From assembly GCA_944383975.1 (NCBI GenBank), contig CALWRN010000063.1:1-47999 (forward strand): DNA of 47,999 nucleotides. The letters are read 5' to 3'. The notes beneath the pieces were generated by a model. That model was given only the letters and a program-made list of their open reading frames with translations. It was not told the origin of the DNA and did not search any database. The DNA comes from an uncultured Clostridia bacterium. GTDB taxonomy: Bacteria > Bacillota > Clostridia > Christensenellales > UBA1242. Shown one piece after another: positions 36,561-46,448 of this stretch (the stretch's first letter is position 1; every line of letters starts with the position of its first letter). A program made the position numbers and the translations under genes.

Positions 36561-36987
36561 CTTTCACACCACCTTTTGCTTCTTCTTTCTTTATAAATTT
36601 AACTTTGCATGGAAGTTTATGTCCAGCAAGTCTAAGTGCTTCTTTAGCTGTAGCTTCGCTTACACCTTCAATTTCAAAAAGCACTCTTCCAGGTTTAACA
36701 ACTGCAACCCAGAATTCAGGAGAACCTTTACCAGAACCCATACGAGTTTCAGCAGGTTTCTTAGTTACAGGCTTGTCAGGGAAAATTTTAATCCAAACCT
36801 TACCATCACGCTTTGTATATCTTGTTAAAGCTATACGAGCAGCTTCAATTTGGTTTGACTTAATCCAGCATGGTTCAGTAGCAATAATACCATAAGAACC
36901 ATAAGCAAGAGTATTACCTCTTGTGGCTTTTCCTGTCATTCTGCCTCTCATAACTTTTCTTCTTTTAACTCTTTTAGGCATTAACAT
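36550..36987 (-). CDS. rplP: 50S ribosomal protein uL16
   Basis: [23 protein letters not shown]. Confidence 0.98.
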   Translation of the reverse strand: MLMPKRVKRRKVMRGRMTGKATRGNTLAYGSYGIIATEPCWIKSNQIEAARIALTRYTKRDGKVWIKIFPDKPVTKKPAETRMGSGKGSPEFWVAVVKPGRVLFEIEGVSEATAKEALRLAGHKLPCKVKFIKKEEAKGGVKDEN

Positions 36988-37658
36988 TATTCTTGTCCTC
37001 CTTTTTTATCAGACGACTTGTTGCCAAGAATTTCACCTTTGTAAATCCAGCACTTAACACCGATTTTACCAATCATTGTATAAGCAGCTGATTCACCATA
37101 GTCAATATCTGCTCTAAGAGTATGAAGTGGAACAGAACCTCTAAATTGTTTTTCAGTTTGTGATTTTTCATTTGCTTTTAAAAGAACACCACTAACTTGA
37201 ACCTTACAACCTTTAGCACCTGCTTTCATAACTCTTTCAATAGCCTGTTTTAAAGCTCTTTTAGCAGCAACACGTTTTTCAAGTTGCAATGCAATGCTTT
37301 CAGCAACGAGTTGAGCGTCAAGATCTGGTTTTTTAATTTCTTTTACATTTACAAGTAAAAGTTTAACAGGTCTAGAGATTTTTGCGATTTCTTTCTTTAT
37401 TGCTTCAATTCCAGCACCCTTAGTTCCGATAATCATACCAGGTTTTGCTGTGAAGATATTTACAACAAGTTTGCCCTCTGTTCTTTCTATTGTAATTTTA
37501 GAAATTGAGCATGTTTTATATTTTTTGTTTAAAAAGTTTTTAATATCTTGATCTTCTTTAAGGTTTGCTGCAAATGTTTTCTTATCAGCATACCAAGTAG
37601 AATTCCAATCCTTGTTGATACCAATTCTAAGTCCTATTGGACTAACCTTTTGTCCCAT
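36987..37658 (-). CDS. rpsC: 30S ribosomal protein uS3 with atypical C-domain loop
   Basis: [29 protein letters not shown]; synteny. Confidence 0.97.
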   Translation of the reverse strand: MGQKVSPIGLRIGINKDWNSTWYADKKTFAANLKEDQDIKNFLNKKYKTCSISKITIERTEGKLVVNIFTAKPGMIIGTKGAGIEAIKKEIAKISRPVKLLLVNVKEIKKPDLDAQLVAESIALQLEKRVAAKRALKQAIERVMKAGAKGCKVQVSGVLLKANEKSQTEKQFRGSVPLHTLRADIDYGESAAYTMIGKIGVKCWIYKGEILGNKSSDKKGGQE

Positions 37659-37659
37659 C

Positions 37660-38049
37660 TTAGCCTCCTACCACTTCATCAAGCACAATTGTGATGTGTG
37701 AAGTTTTTTTGAGTATTACATTACCAGAACCTTTTGCTCTAGCACTCATTCTTTTGAATTGAGGACCACTTGTAGCATAAGCTTCTTTAACATATAATGT
37801 TTCAGCGTTTTTACCCATATTGTTTTCAGCATTTGCAATAGCACTCTTAAGAACTTTAAGGCTTTCAAATGCACCTTTATCAGGCATATTTTCTAAAATA
37901 GCAACGGCTTCTTCAGCCTTCTTTCCTCTTACAAGGTCAAGAATATATGTTATTTTAGATGGGCTCATTCTTACATATTTAGCAACTGCGTAAGGATATT
38001 TTTTAGCCTCTGCGCGTTTTGCAGCTTTTTGTCTAATTCTTGTAGCCAT
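37660..38049 (-). CDS. rplV: 50S ribosomal protein uL22
   Basis: VRMSPSK, SAIANAENN, RAKG, TSHITI. Confidence 0.97.
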   Translation of the reverse strand: MATRIRQKAAKRAEAKKYPYAVAKYVRMSPSKITYILDLVRGKKAEEAVAILENMPDKGAFESLKVLKSAIANAENNMGKNAETLYVKEAYATSGPQFKRMSARAKGSGNVILKKTSHITIVLDEVVGG

Positions 38050-38058
38050 TATTCACCT

Positions 38059-38349
38059 CTATTTTCCAGCCTTTGTTGCAACTGCTGCCGACTTTTTAGT
38101 ATGTCCCTTGTAAGTTCTTGTTGGAGAGAATTCTCCAAGTTTATGACCTACCATCTCTGCTGTGCAGTAAACAGGGACATGTTTTTTACCGTTATGAACT
38201 GCGAATGTAAATCCTACGAAATCAGGATAGATAGTAGATGATCTTGACCAAGTTTTTATAGGTCTTTTAACCCCAGATGCTTGCATCTCGGCTACTTTCT
38301 TTAAAAGACTTGGATGAACATAAGGCTTTTTCTTTAATGATTTGCTCAT
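38059..38349 (-). CDS. rpsS: 30S ribosomal protein uS19
   Basis: [24 protein letters not shown]. Confidence 0.98.
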   Translation of the reverse strand: MSKSLKKKPYVHPSLLKKVAEMQASGVKRPIKTWSRSSTIYPDFVGFTFAVHNGKKHVPVYCTAEMVGHKLGEFSPTRTYKGHTKKSAAVATKAGK

Positions 38350-38360
38350 AATCTTCTCTC

Positions 38361-39188
38361 CTAATTAATTCTCTTAACCATTAAGCGGTTAGATTTATTT
38401 TTTCTCTTTCTAGTCTTGTAACCAAGAGCAGGTTTGTTCCAAGGAGTAACTGGTCCAGGAAGACCAACAGGGCTCTTACCTTCACCACCACCATGTTTGT
38501 GGTCGTTAGGGTTCATAGCTACACCACGAACGGTAGGTCTAATTCCCATATGTCTTTTTCTACCAGCTTTACCAAGAGATACAAGCTCATGGTCTATATT
38601 TCCAACTGTTCCAATAGTTGCACGGCAAGTAAGTAATACTTTTCTCATTTCTCCACTTGGAAGACGAAGAGTTGCATATTTGCCTTCTTTTGCCATTAAT
38701 TGAACTTCTGAACCTGCACTACGAGCAAGTTGTCCACCTTTCTTAGGTTGAAGTTCAATGTTGTGAACTAATGAACCAACAGGAATTTCTGAAAGTGGAA
38801 GAGTGTTGCCGACTTTAATTTCAACATTTTCTCCACTCATAACTATATCGCCATCTTTAAGACCAACAGGTGCTATAATATATCTTTTTTCACCATCAGC
38901 ATAGTTTAAAAGTGCTATATAAGCAGTTCTGTTTGGGTCATATTCAATACCTACAACTTTTGCAGGGATATTGTCTTTGTTTCTTTTGAAATCAATTACA
39001 CGATATTTTTGTCTGTTGCCACCACCTTGGTGTCTAACAGTAACTTTTCCTTGAGAATTTCTGCCAGAATTTTTATCTTTCTTAACAAGAAGTGATTTCT
39101 CAGGAGTTTTCTTTGTGATTTCTTCATAGGAAGAGGTTGTATAAAATCTTCTTCCAGCAGAAGTTGGTCTATGAATCTTAATTGCCAT
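38361..39188 (-). CDS. rplB: 50S ribosomal protein uL2
   Basis: [28 protein letters not shown]. Confidence 0.98.
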   Translation of the reverse strand: MAIKIHRPTSAGRRFYTTSSYEEITKKTPEKSLLVKKDKNSGRNSQGKVTVRHQGGGNRQKYRVIDFKRNKDNIPAKVVGIEYDPNRTAYIALLNYADGEKRYIIAPVGLKDGDIVMSGENVEIKVGNTLPLSEIPVGSLVHNIELQPKKGGQLARSAGSEVQLMAKEGKYATLRLPSGEMRKVLLTCRATIGTVGNIDHELVSLGKAGRKRHMGIRPTVRGVAMNPNDHKHGGGEGKSPVGLPGPVTPWNKPALGYKTRKRKNKSNRLMVKRIN

Positions 39189-39203
39189 TTTATAACCTCC
39201 CTA

Positions 39204-39506
39204 TTAAGATAAGCTGTCAAAGAACGCAATTGATTTAGAACTATCTTTCAAGATTACAATAGCTTTTTTGTAATCACTTGTCTTTCCAACTGTTCTTCCA
39301 GCCTTTGTATTTTGAGTTTTCTTTTGGCCTTTTACATTAACTACATTAACTTTTTCTACTTGAACTCCAAAAAGTTCTTCAACGGCCTTTTTAATTTCAA
39401 TTTTACCAGCATTCTTTGCTACAACAAAAGTGTAGATTTTATTTTGAATGCCTGAATAACTTTTCTCAGTGAGAAGTGGTTTTATAATGATTTTATTTGC
39501 TTCCAT
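39204..39506 (-). CDS. rplW: 50S ribosomal protein uL23
   Basis: [26 protein letters not shown]. Confidence 0.97.
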   Translation of the reverse strand: MEANKIIIKPLLTEKSYSGIQNKIYTFVVAKNAGKIEIKKAVEELFGVQVEKVNVVNVKGQKKTQNTKAGRTVGKTSDYKKAIVILKDSSKSIAFFDSLS

Positions 39507-40132
39507 TATTCTGCATACGCCTCCTCAATAGATTTTATAGCAGATTGAGTAAGAACAATGTTTTTGTTTGCAACAACTTCATAAACATTGAGATTATCAA
39601 CCTCTTCAATGCTAAGGACTGGAAGGTTTGCAGTTGCTCTTTTGATGTTAGCATCATTAACATCATTAACAACTAAAACTGAACCGTTAAATTTGAAAGC
39701 GTCAACAAATGCCTTAGCTTCTTTTGTTTTTGGATTTTCAAATGCAAACTTATCAACAACAACAACTTCGTTTTGTGCGAGTTTTGTGCTGAGTGCACTT
39801 AATAGAGCATATCTCTTCTTTTGTTTATTAACTTTCTTAGAGAAATCTCTTGGCTTTGGAGCAAAAACAACTCCACCACCAGTCCATTGTGGACCTTTTG
39901 TAGAACCTTGTCTAGCTCTACCTGTTCCCTTTTGACGCCAAGGTTTCTTAGCGTGACCTCTAACTTCGCTTCTTGTAAGAGCTGATTTAGTTCCTTGTCT
40001 TTGATTTGCATTATAAGCAACAACGACTTCATGGATAAGAGGTTCATTATATTCCACTGCGAAAAGTTCGTCAGGGAGATTTACTTGGCCAACTTCTTTG
40101 GCCTGCATATTGTAAACTTTAACTTTTGCCAT
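39506..40132 (-). CDS. rplD: 50S ribosomal protein uL4
   Basis: [29 protein letters not shown]. Confidence 0.98.
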   Translation of the reverse strand: MAKVKVYNMQAKEVGQVNLPDELFAVEYNEPLIHEVVVAYNANQRQGTKSALTRSEVRGHAKKPWRQKGTGRARQGSTKGPQWTGGGVVFAPKPRDFSKKVNKQKKRYALLSALSTKLAQNEVVVVDKFAFENPKTKEAKAFVDAFKFNGSVLVVNDVNDANIKRATANLPVLSIEEVDNLNVYEVVANKNIVLTQSAIKSIEEAYAE

Positions 40133-40143
40133 GTTTTACTCCT

Positions 40144-40779
40144 TTAGTTGCCTTTAACTGCTTCACGAATTGTTATAACTGAGCCTTTAGGACCAGGGAT
40201 ACAACCTTTTACGAGAAGAATGTTTCTTGAAGGGTCAACCTTAACAATTTCAAGATTTTGAATTGTAACTCTTTCAACACCATAGTGTCCAGGCATATGT
40301 TTGTTTTTGAACACTCTAGAAGGTGTAGAGTTCGCACTCATAGAGCCGACTTCTCTATGAACAGGTCCAGTTCCGTGAGTCATCTTTAATCTGCGTTGAT
40401 TCCATCTTTGGATAACGCCAGTAAATCCACGACCACGAGTAGTGCCTGTTACATCTACTTTATCTCCCTCAGCGAAGATATCTGCTTTAACTTCTTGACC
40501 AAGAGAATAATCACTTGCATTTTCAAACTTAAGTTCCTTAACAATTCTATAAGATTCAACTCCGGCTTTTTTGAAAGCACCTGTCATAGGTTTGTTAACT
40601 CTTTGTGCTTTTTGTTTGTCAAATGCAACGACTACTGCATCATAACCATCTTTTTCGTTGTTTTTAATCTGAACAACTGGGCAAGGGCCAGCCTCAACAA
40701 CAGTAACTGGGATAACCACGCCTTCAGGAGTGAAGACTTGAGTCATGCCAAGTTTCTTGCCTATTATTGCTTTTTTCAT
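40144..40779 (-). CDS. rplC: 50S ribosomal protein uL3
   Basis: GKKLGMTQ, VDVTG, GRGF.G, MPGHYG. Confidence 0.98.
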   Translation of the reverse strand: MKKAIIGKKLGMTQVFTPEGVVIPVTVVEAGPCPVVQIKNNEKDGYDAVVVAFDKQKAQRVNKPMTGAFKKAGVESYRIVKELKFENASDYSLGQEVKADIFAEGDKVDVTGTTRGRGFTGVIQRWNQRRLKMTHGTGPVHREVGSMSANSTPSRVFKNKHMPGHYGVERVTIQNLEIVKVDPSRNILLVKGCIPGPKGSVITIREAVKGN

Positions 40780-40798
40780 TTTTATGTCTTCCTCCTAA

Positions 40799-41107
40799 TT
40801 ATAACTTGATCTTTATATCAACACCAGCAGGCAAATCAATCTTCATAAGAGCGTCAACTGCCTTTGCAGATGGTGAATAAATATCTATAAGTCTTTTGTG
40901 AGTTCTTGACTCAAATTGTTCACGACTATCTTTGTATTTGTGTGGTGAACGAATAACTGTTACCACTTCTCTATCTGTTGGAAGTGGAATTGGCCCTGCA
41001 ACCTTTGCACCGAACTTTTCAGCAGTATCAATGATTCTTTTGCAAGCTTCATCAATAAGACTGTGTTCAAAGGCCTTTAACTTAATTCTAATAACTTGTG
41101 TTGCCAT
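40799..41107 (-). CDS. rpsJ: 30S ribosomal protein uS10
   Basis: [32 protein letters not shown]. Confidence 0.98.
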   Translation of the reverse strand: MATQVIRIKLKAFEHSLIDEACKRIIDTAEKFGAKVAGPIPLPTDREVVTVIRSPHKYKDSREQFESRTHKRLIDIYSPSAKAVDALMKIDLPAGVDIKIKL

Positions 41108-41356
41108 TAATTAAAATACCTCCTGTAATAGCAATGCTAACCATCAACATTTACCCTTTTTATAACACACAAAAGCAAGATATCCGCAAAAGTTAATCAT
41201 ACGGAACACTTGCCCACGTGTATCACGCTGTAAGAGTTTAAAAAATGTGATTTAACGGTTAGTCGCCGTGGTCTAATGCCACGAACTTGTCCACATAAAT
41301 TCTCTTTGATTGCCGGTAATCAAAGTAACCTTATGTTTCAACCCATAATTCACAGC
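41108..41356 (-). promoter_or_regulatory. Structured S10-operon leader RNA (Firmicute/Clostridia r-leader type)
   Basis: GTTGAAACATAAGGTTAC-[CTTTGATT/AATCAAAG hairpin]-AGAATTTATGTGGACAAG resembles Firmicute S10 leaders as I recall them; several more hairpins follow. Confidence 0.65.
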
Positions 41357-41362
41357 AATAAT

Positions 41363-41391
41363 ATAATACCAAAGAAAAGGGAATAAGTCAA
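41363..41391 (-). promoter_or_regulatory. Sigma-A promoter of the S10 operon
   Basis: TTGACT-17 nt-TATTAT with extended -10 TG. Confidence 0.75.
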
Positions 41392-41426
41392 GAATTTTAA
41401 CAAAGAATTTAAAATAATTTTTAAAC

Positions 41427-41466
41427 AAAAAAGGGCACCCAAAATTAACTTTTGAGCACCTCTTTT
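41427..41466 (-). terminator. Intrinsic terminator of the LRR gene
   Basis: Minus strand GGTGCTCAAAA-GTTAA-TTTTGGGTGCC then TTTTTT. Confidence 0.65.
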
Positions 41467-41584
41467 AACTTTTAAAATTTAAAGCAATACAACACTATTA
41501 TAATGTTATTTATTTTACATATATATATATTTATATATAGTATAACAAATAATAGCTGTATTTAAAATAAACATTATATTAGTT

Positions 41585-44476
41585 TTATACACTTACCTTT
41601 GTATAAACATAATATTCACCATCTTCAGCTTTTGTAAAATTGCTTTCATTGTTTAAATATGTGTTTGTATTATCAGGGTTATCAACAATACTCTTTAATA
41701 CTTTTATTGTTCCTGCGTTTTCAACTAAATAACCACAAGCCATTTCATTTAATAATGATTTATAGACATTTGTATTTTCAATTATAACTTCAGATAAATT
41801 TATACATCCCAAAAAGGCCTCATTCTCTATTTGAAACTCGCCATCTTTTATAACAACTTTCTTTAAGTATTTATAATTTCTAAATGAAGTGGTGCTTACA
41901 TTTGATTTTATTTCTATTTCTGTAACCAATTCCCCGTTTATAAACAATTTGTTACCCAACCCGTCTCCATACATTTCAGAATAATCAAACAAACTTCCAC
42001 CAACAAAATTTATTGCCATAAATTTGTCAAGCGATCCTTGATAATAGAAATCTGTTGTTCCAGTAAAGTTAAATGATGGATTTAATCGTATTTCTTTAAT
42101 TGTTTCAGGAATTATCATTGTCTCTGCAAATCTACCCCCAATAAAGTCTCCATCATGAACAATCGTATCAATAGCAATATCATCACCTTTAACAGCATAA
42201 AATGTTGAGTACACAATATTTCTATAATATATTGTATCGCCATCTTTTATATTAAACTTAAGCATAAATTGTTCAATATCATTAAAAGCATCCGAATCAA
42301 AGTCAAAATCATTGAGTTTTATCGTTTCCCATGATCCATTTTCCCCAACTTTATAATCAAATGAATATACCATATTAACCGGCAACATTGCAAAAGGTGA
42401 AATAGACATTAAACTAGAAATCTCGCCCTCTCCATTAATTTTAAAAGTACTTTCATAATTAGTTGGAAGAATTATTTTTGTTATATCATTCACGTTTGAT
42501 ATCTCTGGGGACATATTCATATTTCCATTTTCATCCACTGTTATAAATGGTATTGGGTTTTCGTTATCTTTTACATATACATATGCATTCGCTAAACGTA
42601 AAATAATATAAATCAATCCCTCAAGTGATAATCCATAGTTTTCATCATATAATGAATTTAACGAATCTGAATTTTGCATATCAATTTCATAATCTATTGG
42701 ATAAACCAATAAAGAATATGATGAAGGGATTTCAGGACTAAATGTTGTTTCACCTTCATAAACATTATCATCAACTCTTTCAACAGCAGTAAATTCGTAA
42801 TGCAAAGTTATATCGCTTGATGGCATTTCAAATGAAAAATCTTGAATATTAATATTAACTTCAGTGTTTGAATCATCAAAATAATAAAGTCTAGACAATT
42901 TATAAATTGTATCGTCGGTTATGGTTGGTGACACAAGAATAGTAATTTTTTCACTTTTACGAATTCTTGTATATTTAGAAACTTTTATACTTCCTCCCTC
43001 AACCACGTCTTCACTTACATTGATTTTATAAAAGTTAAACTTATAAACATAATAATCTTCTTCCATCTCTTTTATTGCATTTTCGGGATTGTTCAAAAAG
43101 TCATTGTTTTCGCTATTTGCATCAATACTCTTTAATACTTTTACTATTCTTGAATTTAAAATTAAATCTCCACAAGAATAAATATCCTTCAAATTGAGAT
43201 ATACTTCACTACTATTCAAAACAACTTCTTCCAACCCTAAGCAACTGAAGAACGCTCCATCTTCAATAGTTGTTATTGTGTCAGGAATTATAACTTTTTC
43301 AAGATCTTGGCAATTATCAAATGCATTTGCTGAAATGTTTGTAACTGAAAAATCATCACCTTCTATAAACAATTTTGAATTCATGCTTACTTTTATAGGA
43401 AAATCACTCTCAGTAGGAGAGCTCAATTTCTCATCTAATTCAGTCATTTGACTCATTATATTTTGAAAATTTATCTTATAACTTTTTTCTCCAAGTTGAC
43501 AATCAAAAGAATCTATTACACCTGATACACACCAATATATAGGTCTATATAAAGAAGCAATCAAATCATTGTTATCCAAGTATTCTTGATATGTAATTTC
43601 ACAATTCACATATTCTACCTTTGCAGGAAAATGCTTATTTATCTCTTCATTAGTTTGTCCTAATGTTGCTAAAAATTCTTCTATATTTTTAACAAAAACA
43701 GGTTCAGAATCTTTTAATGTTATATTTAAAAAGCCAACCATCAACATTTCTGCATTAATATTCCCTTGATCTGCAAGCGCAATAACTTCTTCTATATTTT
43801 CAAAAGTAAAACTATTTACAAATTCAATTGTCATAGGGAAATATTGTTCTTCTTCTCCATTGCCAAAACTTCCAAAAAACTCTTCTGCATCTTTAACAAA
43901 GACTTTTTCTTGTCCGTTCAATTCAACATAATAATATCCACCTAATATGTATGCTTGTCTAATTTGTCCAAAAGTTTTTTCTGTAATATAATTTTCAAAT
44001 TCTTTGGCAGTTTTAAATGTTATACTATTAAATTTTATTCCATTGTCAATATATGAATATGATGAAGGAATGTCTATCGTTTTACTTGAACTATTTACAC
44101 TCATTAAGGTATTATTTGCAAAAGTAAACTCATTATAAATCTTTAAAAATTTTGCTTCGTAATTTCCTTCCTTATCTCCATCAATTTGAAATGTATATGG
44201 GTTTTCATTGCTTATTTTTTCACCATTAAAAAGCCAACAATCAAAGATATACCCATCTACATCATTTGCAACAATTGTGACAGTTTCTCCTTCTTCATAA
44301 TCGCCACCACCAACTAATGATGCATTATCAATTTTTGATGAAAGACTTATATTAACTTTTCCATCATCTCTAGGTATTAAGAAAAATAATAATAAAGCAG
44401 CCAAAAGGATTAAAACTATTGAACCCCCTATAAATATCCACTTTTTATTATCTCTTTCTGCTTTTTCTTTTACCAT
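41585..44476 (-). CDS. Membrane-anchored surface protein with InlB-B-like domain and BspA-type LRRs
   Basis: N-terminal TM; GGGDYEEGETVTI.A...GY.F..W; AFDNCQDLEKVIIPDTITTIEDGAF; duplicated KVLKSI...YYVY cap. Confidence 0.85.
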   Translation of the reverse strand: MVKEKAERDNKKWIFIGGSIVLILLAALLLFFLIPRDDGKVNISLSSKIDNASLVGGGDYEEGETVTIVANDVDGYIFDCWLFNGEKISNENPYTFQIDGDKEGNYEAKFLKIYNEFTFANNTLMSVNSSSKTIDIPSSYSYIDNGIKFNSITFKTAKEFENYITEKTFGQIRQAYILGGYYYVELNGQEKVFVKDAEEFFGSFGNGEEEQYFPMTIEFVNSFTFENIEEVIALADQGNINAEMLMVGFLNITLKDSEPVFVKNIEEFLATLGQTNEEINKHFPAKVEYVNCEITYQEYLDNNDLIASLYRPIYWCVSGVIDSFDCQLGEKSYKINFQNIMSQMTELDEKLSSPTESDFPIKVSMNSKLFIEGDDFSVTNISANAFDNCQDLEKVIIPDTITTIEDGAFFSCLGLEEVVLNSSEVYLNLKDIYSCGDLILNSRIVKVLKSIDANSENNDFLNNPENAIKEMEEDYYVYKFNFYKINVSEDVVEGGSIKVSKYTRIRKSEKITILVSPTITDDTIYKLSRLYYFDDSNTEVNINIQDFSFEMPSSDITLHYEFTAVERVDDNVYEGETTFSPEIPSSYSLLVYPIDYEIDMQNSDSLNSLYDENYGLSLEGLIYIILRLANAYVYVKDNENPIPFITVDENGNMNMSPEISNVNDITKIILPTNYESTFKINGEGEISSLMSISPFAMLPVNMVYSFDYKVGENGSWETIKLNDFDFDSDAFNDIEQFMLKFNIKDGDTIYYRNIVYSTFYAVKGDDIAIDTIVHDGDFIGGRFAETMIIPETIKEIRLNPSFNFTGTTDFYYQGSLDKFMAINFVGGSLFDYSEMYGDGLGNKLFINGELVTEIEIKSNVSTTSFRNYKYLKKVVIKDGEFQIENEAFLGCINLSEVIIENTNVYKSLLNEMACGYLVENAGTIKVLKSIVDNPDNTNTYLNNESNFTKAEDGEYYVYTKVSV

Positions 44477-44527
44477 ATTCTCCCCTCCTTTTATTTTTTA
44501 TAATATTGTTTTATTTATTCACTTTCT

Positions 44528-44555
44528 ATTATAACTCCAACTGTTTAATTGTCAA
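44528..44555 (-). promoter_or_regulatory. Sigma-A promoter for the LRR gene
   Basis: TTGACA-16 nt-TATAAT. Confidence 0.65.
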
Positions 44556-44797
44556 ACAAATATCGCCATTGCTTTTTTAATAAGCCTTTTCTTTTATAAA
44601 AATAAAATTTGAATAGAATAAATTCTAACAATATATCCTTTAATATCCTTCTTAAATATACTTTATTGCCAATAAAAAACTAAAAATTTAATAAAAAATA
44701 AATTTAAATTGCGTAATTTTTATTTCTTATCCTTATTTTAAAAATAAAAAAGAGATTATAAAGTTATCAAATTATGACACTTCAAAAATCTCTCTTT

Positions 44798-45508
44798 TTA
44801 TACTATACTTAAAACTTTATAACCTGTTCGCCATTCGTAATTGGTTGTCAATAAATAATGGACTTGATTTCCTATCAGTAAACTAAAATTTATTGTAGGA
44901 AGTTTATCGTATTCAGTATTGCTTAAAATTTTCAAAGCATTAAAGCATGCATCTGAAATTGGCAGAGAATTTGTTTTCTTACAAGCAGGACAAACTATCT
45001 CCCCTATCTCTAAGTTCAAATATTTTGCACCTAGTTTTCCACCACAAGATGAACAATTTTCTGTTATAAAGTTATACCCCATAGCCTTAAATATACTTAT
45101 TAAAAATTTATCAATCACATTATATTTGCCAACTTCATCATAACATAAAGTTTTTAAAGCCTCTAGTATTTCAATAAATAATGCAGTGTTAGGCTCTGTG
45201 GCGACTTTACTAACAATATCTAAAATTGCACAAGCTTCATAATATCTTTCAATATTATTGGAAAGCATATAAAAATTATCTATAATGTCAACAGATGTTA
45301 CTATACTATAATTTTTTCCTTCTTCAATAACAAAATCACCAAAGCAAAATATTTCTTTTGCCGCTTTATATTTTGCCTTATCCCCCCTTACACCTTTCAA
45401 TGTAACCGACATAGGCCCTTTCTCCAAAGTATAAAGTTTTATGATTTTGTCTTTCTCCTTAACATTCGTTCCTCCAAGAACTATTCCTTTAACCTTAGTG
45501 CTTGCCAT
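44798..45508 (-). CDS. recO: DNA repair protein RecO
   Basis: GIVL....KEKDKII.LYT.EKG, KGVR, Zn motif CSSCG...CPAC. Confidence 0.92.
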   Translation of the reverse strand: MASTKVKGIVLGGTNVKEKDKIIKLYTLEKGPMSVTLKGVRGDKAKYKAAKEIFCFGDFVIEEGKNYSIVTSVDIIDNFYMLSNNIERYYEACAILDIVSKVATEPNTALFIEILEALKTLCYDEVGKYNVIDKFLISIFKAMGYNFITENCSSCGGKLGAKYLNLEIGEIVCPACKKTNSLPISDACFNALKILSNTEYDKLPTINFSLLIGNQVHYLLTTNYEWRTGYKVLSIV

Positions 45509-45509
45509 A

Positions 45510-45698
45510 TTATAATTCCGTTTCGCCCTCTATTTGTTTTTCAAAATTTTCTTTTTCTTTAAGGAGAGAGTCATATTTTTCAGTACATTCAATTAAATAT
45601 CTTATATCTTCAAGATTTCCTGTCATTTTAACTATAAACCATATCTCAAGCAATGAAAATTCTGCTTCATCTATTTTTTGTTGTAGTGTTTTTTCCAT
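45510..45698 (-). CDS. Small protein coupled to recO, possibly YqzL-like
   Basis: Strong AGGAGGAGG RBS; W....TG.....YL; stop 1 nt from recO ATG. Confidence 0.6.
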   Translation of the reverse strand: MEKTLQQKIDEAEFSLLEIWFIVKMTGNLEDIRYLIECTEKYDSLLKEKENFEKQIEGETEL

Positions 45699-45849
45699 TT
45701 CCCTCCTCCTTTATAAATATAGTATATACCAAAAAAAATGAAAACTACAACAAATTTTAAAGATATTAAGATAACTTTGTCATTTTTATTTTTTAAGCAA
45801 AACCAATTTTATATCTTTATATATTTTTATATATAAATCCACCATTTAA

Positions 45850-46383
45850 TTAAATAATCTTCTCAATTATAATATTCCCTGATGAAATTGTTTGAGAATT
45901 TACATTTGTATTTTGTATTGTAATTAGTGAATTAGGGTTTGTAATATTTAAATAAATTTTATTATTAATAGAAACGGGAGAACCAACAGTTCCAGATGAA
46001 GTAGTAGAAGATGATGGGACTAGCACTCCATCTTGATAAACCGCAAAATTAAACTGTCCATCTGCAGCATATGCCCCATTTATGTTAAAAGATAATAAAT
46101 ATCTACCATTAACTAAACTAAATGTTCCTGCATTATCATAAGAAATTGCACTTCCCTGATTAAAAACTACAATCGGACTTACATTCCCTCCTGTTAATAC
46201 AGTTTGAGAATTGCTTGTTGTTGCAATTATCTGAGATGAGTCAATAACTGGGTTTATAATTTGATTTCCTGATTGATTTAACAATGAAATTAAATTGCGA
46301 TAACAAGTAAATATTGGTCTAGGATACATACATCCATAATTACATTGATTAAAATTTAAATTACAAGGCATATTTTTCTCCAA
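45850..46383 (-). CDS. Hypothetical protein, BclA C-terminal/C1q-like fold with Cys-rich N-terminus
   Basis: AISY..AGTFSL..GRYLLSFNI, AVYQDG..VP.S, ends I.IEKI. Confidence 0.6.
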   Translation of the reverse strand: MEKNMPCNLNFNQCNYGCMYPRPIFTCYRNLISLLNQSGNQIINPVIDSSQIIATTSNSQTVLTGGNVSPIVVFNQGSAISYDNAGTFSLVNGRYLLSFNINGAYAADGQFNFAVYQDGVLVPSSSTTSSGTVGSPVSINNKIYLNITNPNSLITIQNTNVNSQTISSGNIIIEKII

Positions 46384-46448
46384 TTCAGCCCTCTAAATCA
46401 TTATATTAAAATAATATACATTTTGCTTATTTATTGTTTATCTTTTAA

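Noticed and set aside
41517-41545. (AT)n tract as a phase-variation switch
   Set aside because: It lies downstream of a stop codon in very AT-rich DNA, not in a promoter or coding region.
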